The notes beneath the pieces are model-generated. The model saw nothing but the letters and a program-made list of their open reading frames with translations. It did no database searches and was not told the origin of the DNA. Positions 50,701-60,122 of a stretch of DNA of 64,000 nt are shown in pieces (the stretch's first letter is position 1; the number at the start of each line of letters is the position of its first letter). Where the stretch lies: assembly GCA_036769985.1 (NCBI GenBank), contig DAIPKA010000033.1, positions 8,900 through 72,899 on the forward strand. Direction: 5' to 3'. This DNA is from Candidatus Hydrogenedentota bacterium. GTDB taxonomy: Bacteria > Hydrogenedentota > Hydrogenedentia > Hydrogenedentales > SLHB01. The position numbers were made by a program, and so were the translations under genes.

Positions 50701-52893
50701 TCGGGCCGACAACGCGAGCTGGCCGGCCCCGACGATGTTCATCGCCGTCACCACATAGTTCCGGCCGGCGCCGGCGATACTGGCCCCTCCGTGGGCGACA
50801 GAGCCGGATTCCGTGAAGACGAGAGCGGTGACCACGTTGTTGAAGCCCGTTACCACCTCATTGAACTGGATATCAAAGGTGACGGTGGATGCCTTGGACG
50901 GGCCGACACCGTCTCGAGGCGCCACAATGAGGGCCGCCGGTGGCGAGAAATCGAAGGTGATGGCGTTGCTGGTGGCGCTGGTGGCGAGGGCATTGCCGGC
51001 CAAGTCCCAAACGTGTTCGCCGGTTTGCACGGCCAGGCTCAAGGTGCCGTCGCCGTAGATCTCCTCGACCGTGACCGCATAGAGTTGCGGCCCGCCCTCG
51101 ATCACCACGTCGCCATAGTGCGTCAGGCTCCCCGTCTCGATCACCACGAGGTCATACAGGGCATTGTTGAAGTTCATGACCGGTTCGCTGAAGTGCACAT
51201 CGAAGGTGACGGTGCGCGCATTCGTGGGACCCGTCCCGCTTCGCGGCGTGATGGGTCCTGCCGTTGGGGCCGTGGCATCGAAGATGACCGGCGCGCTTGT
51301 CACGCTGGCCGATAGGTCGTTGCCCACGATATCCTCCACGCCCGGGCCCATGGCCACGGCCAAGGCCAGTGTGCCGTCGCCGGACAGGCCGGTGAAGGTG
51401 ACCACGAAATCCTGCGCACTTCCCGAGATCGCGACGCCCGCATAGGCAACGCTACCCGTTAACGTGATGTCGAGATCGGATGGCTCGGTGAACCCGAACA
51501 CATCCTCGCTGAAGTGGATGGCAAATACCGCCGTCGGGTCTTGCGTAGGGCCGTATCCCGTCTGCGAGACGATGCTCTGCGCTTGCGGGGCGATCGCGTC
51601 AACGGGGAAGCTGCGCGAGGCCCAGCCGCTGACATTGTCCAGGTTGTCTCGCGCGAGTACCTGAAGGTGGTACGTCCGGCCGTGCTGCAGCCCGGACACC
51701 GTATGGGATCGGCTCGTGCTGCTTGCCGCCCAGTACATGTCGTTGCCCCCCAAGGTGGATCCGACGCGAACGTCATAGCCCTTGATACCTGCGCCCGGTT
51801 CGAAGTCGGACCCAACGGGATCGATGGAGGCGTCCCATGCGCATACGACGGTCCCCGGACTCAGTTCCGGCAGGGGACTGGTGATTTCCGGGACCGAGGG
51901 ACCCACGGTGTCGTATGTCCTTGACAGGGGCTCGGCGGCGGTGCTGGGGTTGCCCGCCCCGTCGGTGGCTGCGTTGGCCGGGATGCTCACGGTTACGGCG
52001 CCCTGCCACTCCGGCTGGACCGTGAACCAGTAGGATGAACCGCTGCCACCGAAGCTACCGGACACCAGGGAACCATGGCCCAACACCAGGTCCGAGGAAT
52101 CGAAGCCTGTTACCGACTCCGTGAAGGCGACGGTCACGGGTACGCTCATGTTGGTTGGGTTGGGGGCCGTTGAGCTCAAGACTACGCCGGGCGGGGTCAT
52201 GTCGACCGTTACCCCATCGCTCAAGAGCGACCACGGGCCCGTGTTGCCCGCCGCGTCTCGAGCATAGAGCCTGGCAACGTAGGTCCGGCCATCCACGCCG
52301 CCCGAGACCGTCTTGTGGTTCGGCGCCGAGCCGAGCCAATTCGCGAAAAGGAACACGGGGGATGCCTCGGTGGAGCGGACCTCAAGATAGTAGTCCGCGA
52401 TCCCGCTGGGCCCCTGGTCGTAGGCGTGGGTCCAGTTGAACGTAATCGTTGTGCTGGTGCTATACGCCCCCTCGGCGTACCACGGCTTGCCGGGCGCACC
52501 GGGGCTCAGACTGTCGTAACCTATCGTGTCTTCCATCGCAGGACCCGGATCCGCGCCGCCCGCGTGGGCAAAACGCACCCGAGCCTTGTACGTGGATCCG
52601 GAGACGGGCGAGAGGTCCACCGTCAGCGTGCCTTGCCAGTGATTGGCGGGATTCGGCAACGCCTGCCAAGGTCCCCAACTCCCGGTGTCCGTGGGGCCCG
52701 TCCATAGCTGCCACGTCTCGAGGAGGTTCGCGGGGGGCGAGAGCGTGCTCTGTACATCGCATGTGATCGGGACCGTGTACAGTGTGTTGGTCCACGCCGC
52801 CCCGTCCATCGCAATGACCGACCCGGTCGTGTTGGCACGAGCCGCGGAACTTATTCCGATCACGACGAGCGCGACAAGCGCAACACGGCACAT
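47782..52893 (-). CDS. Giant cell-surface adhesin-like protein (about 1700 aa) with tandem Ig-like/cadherin-like repeats and a C-terminal PEP-CTERM-like anchor
   Basis: Signal peptide (MCRVALVALVVIGISSAARA). At least 8 tandem ~105-aa repeats (pattern TVTVxQGAxQxDPTxxLPIVFDVxFSE...). The C-terminus is VIPEVPAAGGLAVGLLTGLTALVGAAVARRKRS: a PE-P-like motif, a TM segment and an RRKR cluster. Confidence 0.75.
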   Translation of the reverse strand: MCRVALVALVVIGISSAARANTTGSVIAMDGAAWTNTLYTVPITCDVQSTLSPPANLLETWQLWTGPTDTGSWGPWQALPNPANHWQGTLTVDLSPVSGSTYKARVRFAHAGGADPGPAMEDTIGYDSLSPGAPGKPWYAEGAYSTSTTITFNWTHAYDQGPSGIADYYLEVRSTEASPVFLFANWLGSAPNHKTVSGGVDGRTYVARLYARDAAGNTGPWSLLSDGVTVDMTPPGVVLSSTAPNPTNMSVPVTVAFTESVTGFDSSDLVLGHGSLVSGSFGGSGSSYWFTVQPEWQGAVTVSIPANAATDGAGNPSTAAEPLSRTYDTVGPSVPEITSPLPELSPGTVVCAWDASIDPVGSDFEPGAGIKGYDVRVGSTLGGNDMYWAASSTSRSHTVSGLQHGRTYHLQVLARDNLDNVSGWASRSFPVDAIAPQAQSIVSQTGYGPTQDPTAVFAIHFSEDVFGFTEPSDLDITLTGSVAYAGVAISGSAQDFVVTFTGLSGDGTLALAVAMGPGVEDIVGNDLSASVTSAPVIFDATAPTAGPITPRSGTGPTNARTVTFDVHFSEPVMNFNNALYDLVVIETGSLTHYGDVVIEGGPQLYAVTVEEIYGDGTLSLAVQTGEHVWDLAGNALATSATSNAITFDFSPPAALIVAPRDGVGPSKASTVTFDIQFNEVVTGFNNVVTALVFTESGSVAHGGASIAGAGRNYVVTAMNIVGAGQLALSARTGASIRDVAGNSLTWSATGAVRIDRSVPLVSSLSINGGATYATDRNVTLTLDAEDPDVPEGSASGLVEMAFSLDGVSFDPWTAWVDTTSFELPDSDEEHTIYARVRDAAQNESDVASASITLKRSIPSATVNQAATQTEDPTENLPIHFTAVFSEPAYGFEAGDVVNLGSASGLGITLNTTDSITWDIQIDSAVDDGTIEPFLPAGSVEDVAGNGITDSSDGGGDNVVAYDVSPPTVTVNRAATQRDPTSTAPLYFDVVFSEPVWGFGHSDVFIGGTATVDSYTVMTVSPSEYRIEVQLASADGTVTASVLANAARDMFFNWSLASTSDDNIITVDTIRPTVSVEQHAAQGDPTGTLPIVFDVEFSEPVTGFGEGDIVFSGTAIILDFDLVGPFPGDRYEIRVTDVADSGSVIPSIPEGVLMDMSNEINHVSTSLDNRVDYDAQAPSVTLTQGAGQGDPARTLPIVFDMTLSDPVVDLDVADITNAGTASGVVFSLVPISDVEFTVEATATTDGTIVPVIAAGVWHDTAGNGNSAATGPDGAVRYDATAPTLTIEQGGTQSDPTASLPIAFDVAFSEEVVDFAAASVTNTGTARNVVFEIIGTGPVYTLRVVSANDGTIVPVIAEDAVHDAAGNGNAASASVDNSVAYEASAPTVTVEQGAGQSDPAGSLPIVFDVTFSELVDGFAYGDVQIGGSATGVTYHVSGSGALYTIQIDSVGADGTITAAVGAAAAQDLAGKSSAASTSEDGQVRYDTAPPTGTLIIDGGTAIATSTAVTLGLTDGDLGSGASEMRFSNDGGATWSPWQPFSTSTAWDLGTGDGIRVVRGQLKDGVGLVTTTPFADSIILDTEPIEVTLLGDTAVSRGVKESCQFEVVATGNTGVIHYQWFFDSLTDDAMPIPGATGPLLQIINIGPYDEGEYYCEVWDVTETQYSSPRFQLSVIPEVPAAGGLAVGLLTGLTALVGAAVARRKRS
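48650..51400. repeat. Intragenic tandem repeat array, period about 315 bp, encoding the Ig-like repeats of the giant adhesin
   Basis: Recurrent DNA blocks (gtcgaaSRcRatgggcag...ggatcSSc...) occur at about 48670, 48985, 49300, 49615, 49930 and 50245. More diverged copies follow upstream. Confidence 0.6.
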
Positions 52894-53819
52894 CGTGCTG
52901 GACAGAGACAGGCTTGTCGGAACGATTTCTCCCGTTCGGTTCTTCACGCGTGACATACTCCGGTTACTCCTTCTTGAACCTTAGGCATGAATCCACGATG
53001 GACCTCGATCTCGTCATCCATGGGCATAGCGATACCGGGGTCTTCAATAGAAATGCCAAGCGGATCCCTGCCTTTCCCCCGCCCCGGTCCCCAAATGCTG
53101 TGGGGCGACAAGAACCCACGGCCTCTGCTCCCTGTGCGGACGCCCGCCCTGGGTATCACCCTTCACGCGGCGAACGCCTACCTCCGTTGCCGTCGATACC
53201 CGCCTCCGGAGAACACCCCCGAAACGCGAATACGAAGGCACGAGTCACCTATCTGCACCGAACACGGAAGCGGCCATCGCACGCTCCGTTTCCGAAGAAC
53301 ACCCATCCCCAAGAAGCCTCGGCGCAACCACGGCGCCACAGGGCCCCAGAGCGATGCACCATAAGGAATTATAGCACTTCGACCACGAGAAGGCCAAATG
53401 GAGACAGCACGGCGATACCAACCCCGGAATGCGCGGAACACATGGCGCAGCCGAGCCGCAACCAAACCTTGCGAGGCCCACATACCCTTTCTTTTGCTAC
53501 AGGACATACGCGAGAAATCCCTGCTTCCTGCAGATGGGCTCTCGTCTATGCTCAACGGCGGAAACAAAATATCCGATCCCTGCAAAGCTCGGTTGAGGCT
53601 CCGCTCCGCCGTGCGTTCGGCGCATTCCGAGGCCCGTTCACAGCCCGACGAGGAAACGACGAACGAAGGCGGCAAAAGGACTCACAGGCGAGCATTCGAC
53701 CCAGACGTCGACGACGAGAAGTCGCCGGTGTGGTCGCTGACCACCCTCCCCTCTCTCTGTTTCGAACGCCATGGTTCCGTTCAGCGCGAAGAAGGAACCA
53801 TCTGACGCCGCTGCGTCCA

Positions 53820-55652
53820 CTAACGTGGTCGGCCATGGTAGGTCATCGTGAACCGGACTTGTGTTTCGGGGGCGGGATCGAGGTCCAACGTGATTCGAGT
53901 CAGCATGCCCGATTTCTGGTTGTCGCGGCAGGCCTGCTCGAGGCGCTCGGTCTTGAAGACCCCGCGGTCCGCCGCGATATCGAGATGGCCCTCGGACGAG
54001 TCAACGCGCGCGGTATTGCCCTCGACGGTCACATCGAGCCAGGTGATGAACGCTTCCTCGACCGGCATGCCGCCGCCTGTGAAGGCGTAGCGGTCTTCGA
54101 GCGTGACCATGCCGCCCTCGGCACCGAGCATGCGACTAGCGGAGGTGAGCTCTTCGATGCCGTAGGCATCTTGGAACACGATCGTCGCCTGGTGGCCGCC
54201 ATCGGCCTCGAGGGTGCCGCGGTACTTGGAGCCGGTCTTTTGGAGCTGGCCGTTGACGCGTGGCACGCTGTGGCCGTAGGAGTTTGCGAACACGTTCTCA
54301 TAGCGCTTGCTCGAGAAGTAGTCCTTCGAGTAGAGCCCGCCGCCCGGATCGCAAAGGTACGTCTGGTTACCGATACGCAGGATGAAGCTGCCGACATCGT
54401 TGTTGTTGTGCGGCTCGCCGTTATGGCCGGCCTTCGCCATGAGCACCAGCGGCCCCTCGCCCACGGTGTCCACAATGCGCACGATGCCCGAAACGGGCAA
54501 CACCGCGTTGTCGAGGGCCGAGAACGGCGTGACGCGGCCATCCCACCAGATCAGATTCCGGATCACGGTGGTCACGCGCCAATCCGTGGTGCCGCCGATG
54601 AGCGGCAATAGCGTGCTTGCGCCGACCCGGTCGGCAAGCCGCGAGGCCAGGAACGGCCGGACCGAGGATGCCTCGTGGCTGTCGGCGAAGCTGGCATACA
54701 CCTCCGGACCCATGACGACGCAACCAGGGTAGCGGGCGATGGATTTCAGTTTGTCCTGGGCCAAAAGATCGATGGCGCCTTCGGTGCGCGCGCGCAACAT
54801 CTCGGCGAAGGCGACATAGTGGATTAGGCCATAGTTCCAGTAACCGATGCCCTCGAGGCAACCGCCATCCTCCTCGAAGCCATACTCGATGAACCTATCC
54901 AACTGCTCGAGCACAAGCGCGAGCGCCGCGCACGTCCGGTCGAGGTCCGGTTCCATCATGAGGAACACCTGGCCGATGGAGCCCGCGCACACGCCGGTCC
55001 AGTTATTCCGGCCGGCAACCCACCAGTATTCCTCGCCATGCTCGAGGTAGCGATCCATGATCCGGGTCTTGATCTCCGCGACGACACGGTGGCGGACTTC
55101 TTCCGGAAGCCGGTCTCCCACCAGCAGGAGCACGTGCGCCAGTTCGACCGCAGTCTCGGATGCGAACAGGTCGATGGTCCATTCCGTACGCTCATGCGCA
55201 GGAAGCACCCAGGTGGTCTCTTCACAAATGCTCCAAAGAACATCGTTGATGCGCTCGACCCGCGCGGCCTCGTCGCCCAGCCACAAGGCGATCACTTCCT
55301 GCGTGAGCAGCGTCCGCTTCCCGAAATAGGGCGCCTCGTAGGGCCGTCGAGCGCCAGTCCGTTGGTACTCCCGGTACAGCGAGTACGTCGTCTCCGGTAT
55401 CGCGGGGGTCTCCCGGCCCGCAGCCGCCCACTCCAGCACGGGTTTCGCAAGGGGATGCGCCGCGATTGCCGACGGTGTGCGCGCCGCCAACTCGGGCAAC
55501 AGAGACGACGCGCGAGCCTTCTCGAGAAGGGCGCGCAGCACACTGGGAGATGGGGACGAAGGCATGGGATCGTTCTCCAGGCAGGGGGCGGTCGTGCAAA
55601 ACACCAGCAGGACGCCGATCAACCCCATCCAGGCAGCTCTTGTCTGGTTCAT
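53820..55652 (-). CDS. Heparinase II/III-like family polysaccharide lyase (secreted)
   Basis: Signal peptide. Conserved family block KAGHNGEPHNNNDVGSF. Confidence 0.75.
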   Translation of the reverse strand: MNQTRAAWMGLIGVLLVFCTTAPCLENDPMPSSPSPSVLRALLEKARASSLLPELAARTPSAIAAHPLAKPVLEWAAAGRETPAIPETTYSLYREYQRTGARRPYEAPYFGKRTLLTQEVIALWLGDEAARVERINDVLWSICEETTWVLPAHERTEWTIDLFASETAVELAHVLLLVGDRLPEEVRHRVVAEIKTRIMDRYLEHGEEYWWVAGRNNWTGVCAGSIGQVFLMMEPDLDRTCAALALVLEQLDRFIEYGFEEDGGCLEGIGYWNYGLIHYVAFAEMLRARTEGAIDLLAQDKLKSIARYPGCVVMGPEVYASFADSHEASSVRPFLASRLADRVGASTLLPLIGGTTDWRVTTVIRNLIWWDGRVTPFSALDNAVLPVSGIVRIVDTVGEGPLVLMAKAGHNGEPHNNNDVGSFILRIGNQTYLCDPGGGLYSKDYFSSKRYENVFANSYGHSVPRVNGQLQKTGSKYRGTLEADGGHQATIVFQDAYGIEELTSASRMLGAEGGMVTLEDRYAFTGGGMPVEEAFITWLDVTVEGNTARVDSSEGHLDIAADRGVFKTERLEQACRDNQKSGMLTRITLDLDPAPETQVRFTMTYHGRPR

Positions 55653-55865
55653 ACGCCCTAGTATACGGGATGACCGTCGCCGGGTCCAAAACGACCTCCC
55701 TGAAGCGCAATCCGGCTACCAATGGCGTCGGAAACGAGGATAGGTCTTGCATATAGGTGGCGTTCGTGGTAGGATTTGCATCAATATATTGTATCCTTCG
55801 GGACTTGTAGCCCATATTTTGTGGTTGGCCGGATCTGCTGGCATGGTCCGTGTGTGGGAGAGCCT

Positions 55866-57572
55866 ATGAGTATTCGCTGTCTCTTGATCCGCTTGCCCGG
55901 TCCTCCGTTTACCCTGGAGACGTTCATGCCGGAAGGCCGCCTGGCGAGCACGGCGGCCTGTCTGGTCGGCCAAGGGCACTCCGCCCGGATCTGGGATTTC
56001 GGCACCGCCGAGGCGTTTGACGAGCTGTTTCCCGGCGATTGGCGCGAAAGGTTTGCGCCCCTTGCTGCGGTTCTGCTCGACGAGCCGGAGCGCGCGGGAG
56101 GTCTTCGCGGCGAACTGCAGCGCCGAATACGGCCCTTCGCCCGGATCATGGACGGACGTCTCACGGCGCGGGTCGAGCGTGTGGCAGGGCGTGTGGCCTC
56201 CCTTCCCGATCTGGGTCTAGTGGTGTTTCACGTGGGCCGACGCGAAGACTTGCCCATGGCGAAGGCCGTGGCCGCGTCCTTGCGCGAGAAGTGTCCCGAT
56301 GTGCGTCTGGTTGCGGTGGGGGCGTGGATCGACGTGTACGGCGAGTTGCTGGCGCGCCACGGGGCGGTGGACACGTTCGATGCGTTGTGCGTGGGCGACT
56401 ACGAGTGGGCGCTGTGTGAGCTTGCCGGGCGTCTCGCAAAGCCCGAGACGTGGCTGATGATACCGAATCTGGTGCTGACATCGATCGCCGCGCGGCGGGT
56501 GACCGTGCGCCGTTCGGACTATGGCCTCGAGGGTCTTCCTCTTCCTCGGTATGACGCGGACACCTATCCCGCATTTCATGACTCGACGTTGGCCAGAGTC
56601 GTTGGCATCGAGATGAGCCGAGGATGCGATCGTAACTGCCACGCGTGCCCGCTGCCGACCTTGAGTGAGAGACGCGTCCGTCTGGCGCCCGTGGATCATA
56701 TTCGCCGGACGATGAGCCACCTGGCGCGCACCTATGGCCTGCGGACCTTCCGCTTCACGGGGCCGGGAACGCCGGCCTTCCACGCGGAAGCCGTGGCGCA
56801 CGGGATTCTGGCAGCCCGCATGTCGGTGGCGTACAGCCAGACCTTTCCACCGAATTACGCCGAACCGGGCATCGCGGCGGTGCTGCGCGAGTCGGGATGC
56901 GAAGCCTGCGCCGTGCGTCTGGACTCCGGGAGTCAGCGGCTTCTGGACGACTACTACGGCCGGGGATTCGGTGTGACGGAGGTCGAGCAGATGCTCCGAG
57001 CCTGCGTGGCCGAAGACATCTTCACGGAAGCCCGAATCATGTATCCCAGTCCGCGAGACGATTACAACTCGCGGGCGGAAACGCTGCGCATTGTGAATCG
57101 GGCGCGCCCGCATACGGTTACGGTAATTCCTCCCGAAGCGCCACCCGGTTCGGACTGGCACTGCTGGCTGGACGAGTTCGGTTTCTCGCTTCCCGAGAAA
57201 CCCTACAGCCGATGGATCGCCGGCGAGGATGACCTCGAGATGGCCTGCGCCGGTCGGGGCGAAGCTTCGCCCATACGCGTCGGCCCTCGTCTACTGCGCA
57301 AGACCGAACGGGAATATGCCGAGATCGTGGCGGAACTCCGCGAGACCGGCGTGAACACGACGGTCTCGGCCGAGGTCGCGCTGCTCGCACGCGTCGCCGA
57401 CTACGGCGGCCGTGAAGCCGAATTCCAGCGCGCGATTCGTCGCGCGATTCTGTCTGGCGATGCCCTCGCGCTCGCCTCGGCGCTCGAGGGCTTTAATCGG
57501 CGTGCGTGCGTACCTCCTCACACGATAGTGTGCAGGCCCTTCACGCCGGTCCTCGCCGCTGTCGGAAACTGA
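55866..57572 (+). CDS. B12-binding-domain radical SAM protein
   Basis: CxxxCxxC cluster (GCDRNCHAC) after an N-terminal Rossmann-like B12-binding-type domain. Confidence 0.65.
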   Translation: MSIRCLLIRLPGPPFTLETFMPEGRLASTAACLVGQGHSARIWDFGTAEAFDELFPGDWRERFAPLAAVLLDEPERAGGLRGELQRRIRPFARIMDGRLTARVERVAGRVASLPDLGLVVFHVGRREDLPMAKAVAASLREKCPDVRLVAVGAWIDVYGELLARHGAVDTFDALCVGDYEWALCELAGRLAKPETWLMIPNLVLTSIAARRVTVRRSDYGLEGLPLPRYDADTYPAFHDSTLARVVGIEMSRGCDRNCHACPLPTLSERRVRLAPVDHIRRTMSHLARTYGLRTFRFTGPGTPAFHAEAVAHGILAARMSVAYSQTFPPNYAEPGIAAVLRESGCEACAVRLDSGSQRLLDDYYGRGFGVTEVEQMLRACVAEDIFTEARIMYPSPRDDYNSRAETLRIVNRARPHTVTVIPPEAPPGSDWHCWLDEFGFSLPEKPYSRWIAGEDDLEMACAGRGEASPIRVGPRLLRKTEREYAEIVAELRETGVNTTVSAEVALLARVADYGGREAEFQRAIRRAILSGDALALASALEGFNRRACVPPHTIVCRPFTPVLAAVGN

Positions 57573-60097
57573 TGGAAACCGCACTGGCCACCGGCACGCT
57601 CTTGGCGGTTGCGGCGTTGGACCTCTGCTTCGGCGCGGTCATCCTGCTCCGTAACCCCGCCAAACCCGTGAACCGGGCGTTTGCACTCTTGGCGCTGGCC
57701 GTCGTCCTGTGGTGTGTCGTGATACTCCTTTCGCTGCGCTCCGACACCGACGCCGAAGCGCGCTTCTGGCTGCTTGCGCGCGGCGCGGCCGGCGTTCTGA
57801 TTGTGCCGGCGCTTCTGGTCTTCGTGACCCTGTTTCCGCAGCACCCCTTCCGGTGCAATCGGGTCTTGTTCGGCCTCATTGCCGCGAGCGTGCCGGTGAT
57901 GGCGTTGAGCGGCCTCACGCGGCTATTCGTCCGGGAGGTTCATCTTGAGCCCAACGGACGCCTGGAGATCGCGCACGGACCCTTAGTGTACGGCATCCTC
58001 GCGTGGCTGCTCCTGGTGATCGCGTATATCGCCGTCAACCTGGCCATCAAGCATCGCCACGCGGCCGGTTCGGAACGACGGCAGATCGAGCACGTCTTCA
58101 TCGGCACGTTGATGACCACAATCCTTGTTGTGCTCACGAACGTCGTCGCGCCGCTGTTGGGCGAAAAGCAGCTCTATGTGTACGGCCCGATCTGGACGCT
58201 CATTCTCGTTGCCTGGGTGGCCTACTCGATGGCCCGGTACCAGTTGCTGGGCGTTCCGGAACTGCTCTCGAGAACGGTGCTGTATACCGTGTTGACGGTC
58301 TTCGTCGCCGCGACTTTCCTAGGCACCGTCTTCCTTGTGGATGTCCTCTTCCAGACGTGGTGGCTGGGGCGGCGTCTCGTGCCGACGATTCTGGGCGCCC
58401 TGGTGATTGTCATGCTGCTTCAGCCGCTGAAGGAGCGCCTGCAACGACTTCTCGAGCGTCGGCTGCTCAAGCGCCGCTATGACATCAGCCGGCTGCTCGG
58501 CCGGATCAGCTCGTACGTGGCGGAACTGGCCGATCTCGATGAGATGATCGGGGCGGTAGCGCGCGATATCCAGGACGCCGTCGGGGCCCGCACCATTCGC
58601 GTGCTCCTTGTCAGTGAACGCGCGCCGGGCGCCGTGACGATTCAGTACTCGTCGGATGGCGCTGAGGCGGGGCGGGAGGTTATGCAGTATGCCGACCTGG
58701 TCCGGTATGCCGCCAACCAGGCCGAGGCCGTGCGTCTCGATCAACTGGTACAGGAACCGCCCAGCGACCAACGCGTCCACATGGCGGCGCTTCTCGCCGA
58801 GGCCGAGATCTACGTATGCGTCCCCTTGCGCCAGACGCGCCGGCTCGTGGGGTTCTTGGCGTTCGGCCCCAAGACATCTCAGGACATCTACTCGGCAGAC
58901 GACATGGCGGTGTTCGCCGCCGTTGCCGGTCCTTGGGCTACGGCCATTGAGAACGCCCGGTTGTACCGCCAACTGGAAGAAGCCCATGTCCACCTGACTC
59001 GATTGCTCGAGAGCATGCGCGGGGCCGTCGTCGCCGTAGATGAACGGGGGACGGTGACGACGTTCAATCGCAGTGCGGTGAGGCTGTTGGGACCGCTGAT
59101 GGTGGGCCAACCCGTGGATTCCCTGCCCGAGGAAATCCGTGAAGTCATCGAGCATGCCATCGAGACCGGCCGCGAGACGCCGGAGTTCGAGACGGCCACG
59201 CGCGGCTCCGACGGCACGGCGATCCCCGTGGCGATCGCCTCGACCTGCCTCGCTACGCCCGAGGGCGAACGCTCCGGGGCCATGGTGATGATCTACGACC
59301 TGAGTCGACTGCGCCGACTCGAGCAACACGTCCAACGCGCGGAGCGTCTCTCGTCGGTGGGCCTACTGGCCGCGGGCATGGCCCACGAGATCAAGAATCC
59401 CCTGGTGTCCATCCAAACCTTCGCGCAGCTCCTGCCGACCCATTTCGACGATGCGGACTTCCGCCAGACCTTCGCCGAGGTCGTGCCCGACGAGGTGGCG
59501 CGCATCAACGAACTCGTGGGGCAGATGCTGGATCTCGGCCAGCCCCGGCCGGTGGTGCTGGAACCAGTCGCCCTCGAGCCCGTACTCGAGGGCGTTCTCA
59601 AACTGCTCGGCAGCCAGGTGAAGAAGGCCAACGCCGTCATCCAACGCGTTTTCGACGGAACGGGGACGCCGGTCATAGGTGATTCGCGGCAACTGCACCA
59701 GATCTTCTTCAATCTCTTGCTGAATGCACTGGACGCCCTGAAGGGTACCGGCGGCGAACTGTGCGTGGCCGTCGAGAACACGCGCAAGCACCTCAAGCGC
59801 GACGTACTGGTTCCCACGCGCGAGACGCTGTGCCGGCAGGTTACGATCCGCGATTCCGGTTGTGGAATCGCCCCGGAACACCTGGACCAGCTCTTCACAC
59901 CGTTCTTCACTACCAAGGTCGAGGGACGCGGTTTGGGCCTGGCCGTCGTGTACGGTATGATCACCGAGATGGGCGGCGAAATCGACGTGTCAAGCGCGAT
60001 CGGCGTGGGCACCACCGTGACCGTGTCCATCCCCGTAGCGAATGTGACCGAACCGACGGAGCCGCGTGAAGAGGCCGCGGACGCATCGCACGCCTGA
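57572..60097 (+). CDS. Multi-domain sensor histidine kinase (7TM-like N-terminus, GAF, PAS, HisKA, HATPase_c); no cognate response regulator nearby
   Basis: H-box GMAHEIKNPL. N box FFNLLLNALDA. G boxes DSGCGI and GRGLGLAV. Its start overlaps the stop of the radical SAM gene by 1 nt (TGATG). Confidence 0.85.
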   Translation: METALATGTLLAVAALDLCFGAVILLRNPAKPVNRAFALLALAVVLWCVVILLSLRSDTDAEARFWLLARGAAGVLIVPALLVFVTLFPQHPFRCNRVLFGLIAASVPVMALSGLTRLFVREVHLEPNGRLEIAHGPLVYGILAWLLLVIAYIAVNLAIKHRHAAGSERRQIEHVFIGTLMTTILVVLTNVVAPLLGEKQLYVYGPIWTLILVAWVAYSMARYQLLGVPELLSRTVLYTVLTVFVAATFLGTVFLVDVLFQTWWLGRRLVPTILGALVIVMLLQPLKERLQRLLERRLLKRRYDISRLLGRISSYVAELADLDEMIGAVARDIQDAVGARTIRVLLVSERAPGAVTIQYSSDGAEAGREVMQYADLVRYAANQAEAVRLDQLVQEPPSDQRVHMAALLAEAEIYVCVPLRQTRRLVGFLAFGPKTSQDIYSADDMAVFAAVAGPWATAIENARLYRQLEEAHVHLTRLLESMRGAVVAVDERGTVTTFNRSAVRLLGPLMVGQPVDSLPEEIREVIEHAIETGRETPEFETATRGSDGTAIPVAIASTCLATPEGERSGAMVMIYDLSRLRRLEQHVQRAERLSSVGLLAAGMAHEIKNPLVSIQTFAQLLPTHFDDADFRQTFAEVVPDEVARINELVGQMLDLGQPRPVVLEPVALEPVLEGVLKLLGSQVKKANAVIQRVFDGTGTPVIGDSRQLHQIFFNLLLNALDALKGTGGELCVAVENTRKHLKRDVLVPTRETLCRQVTIRDSGCGIAPEHLDQLFTPFFTTKVEGRGLGLAVVYGMITEMGGEIDVSSAIGVGTTVTVSIPVANVTEPTEPREEAADASHA

Positions 60098-60122
60098 TGC
60101 GCTCGAAACAGGAGTGGGGTCA

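Noticed and set aside
52914-54611. 565-aa plus-strand ORF overlapping the heparinase II/III gene
   Set aside because: It is antisense to a gene with a clear family signature (KAGHNGEPHNNNDVGSF). Its low-complexity product has no motifs.
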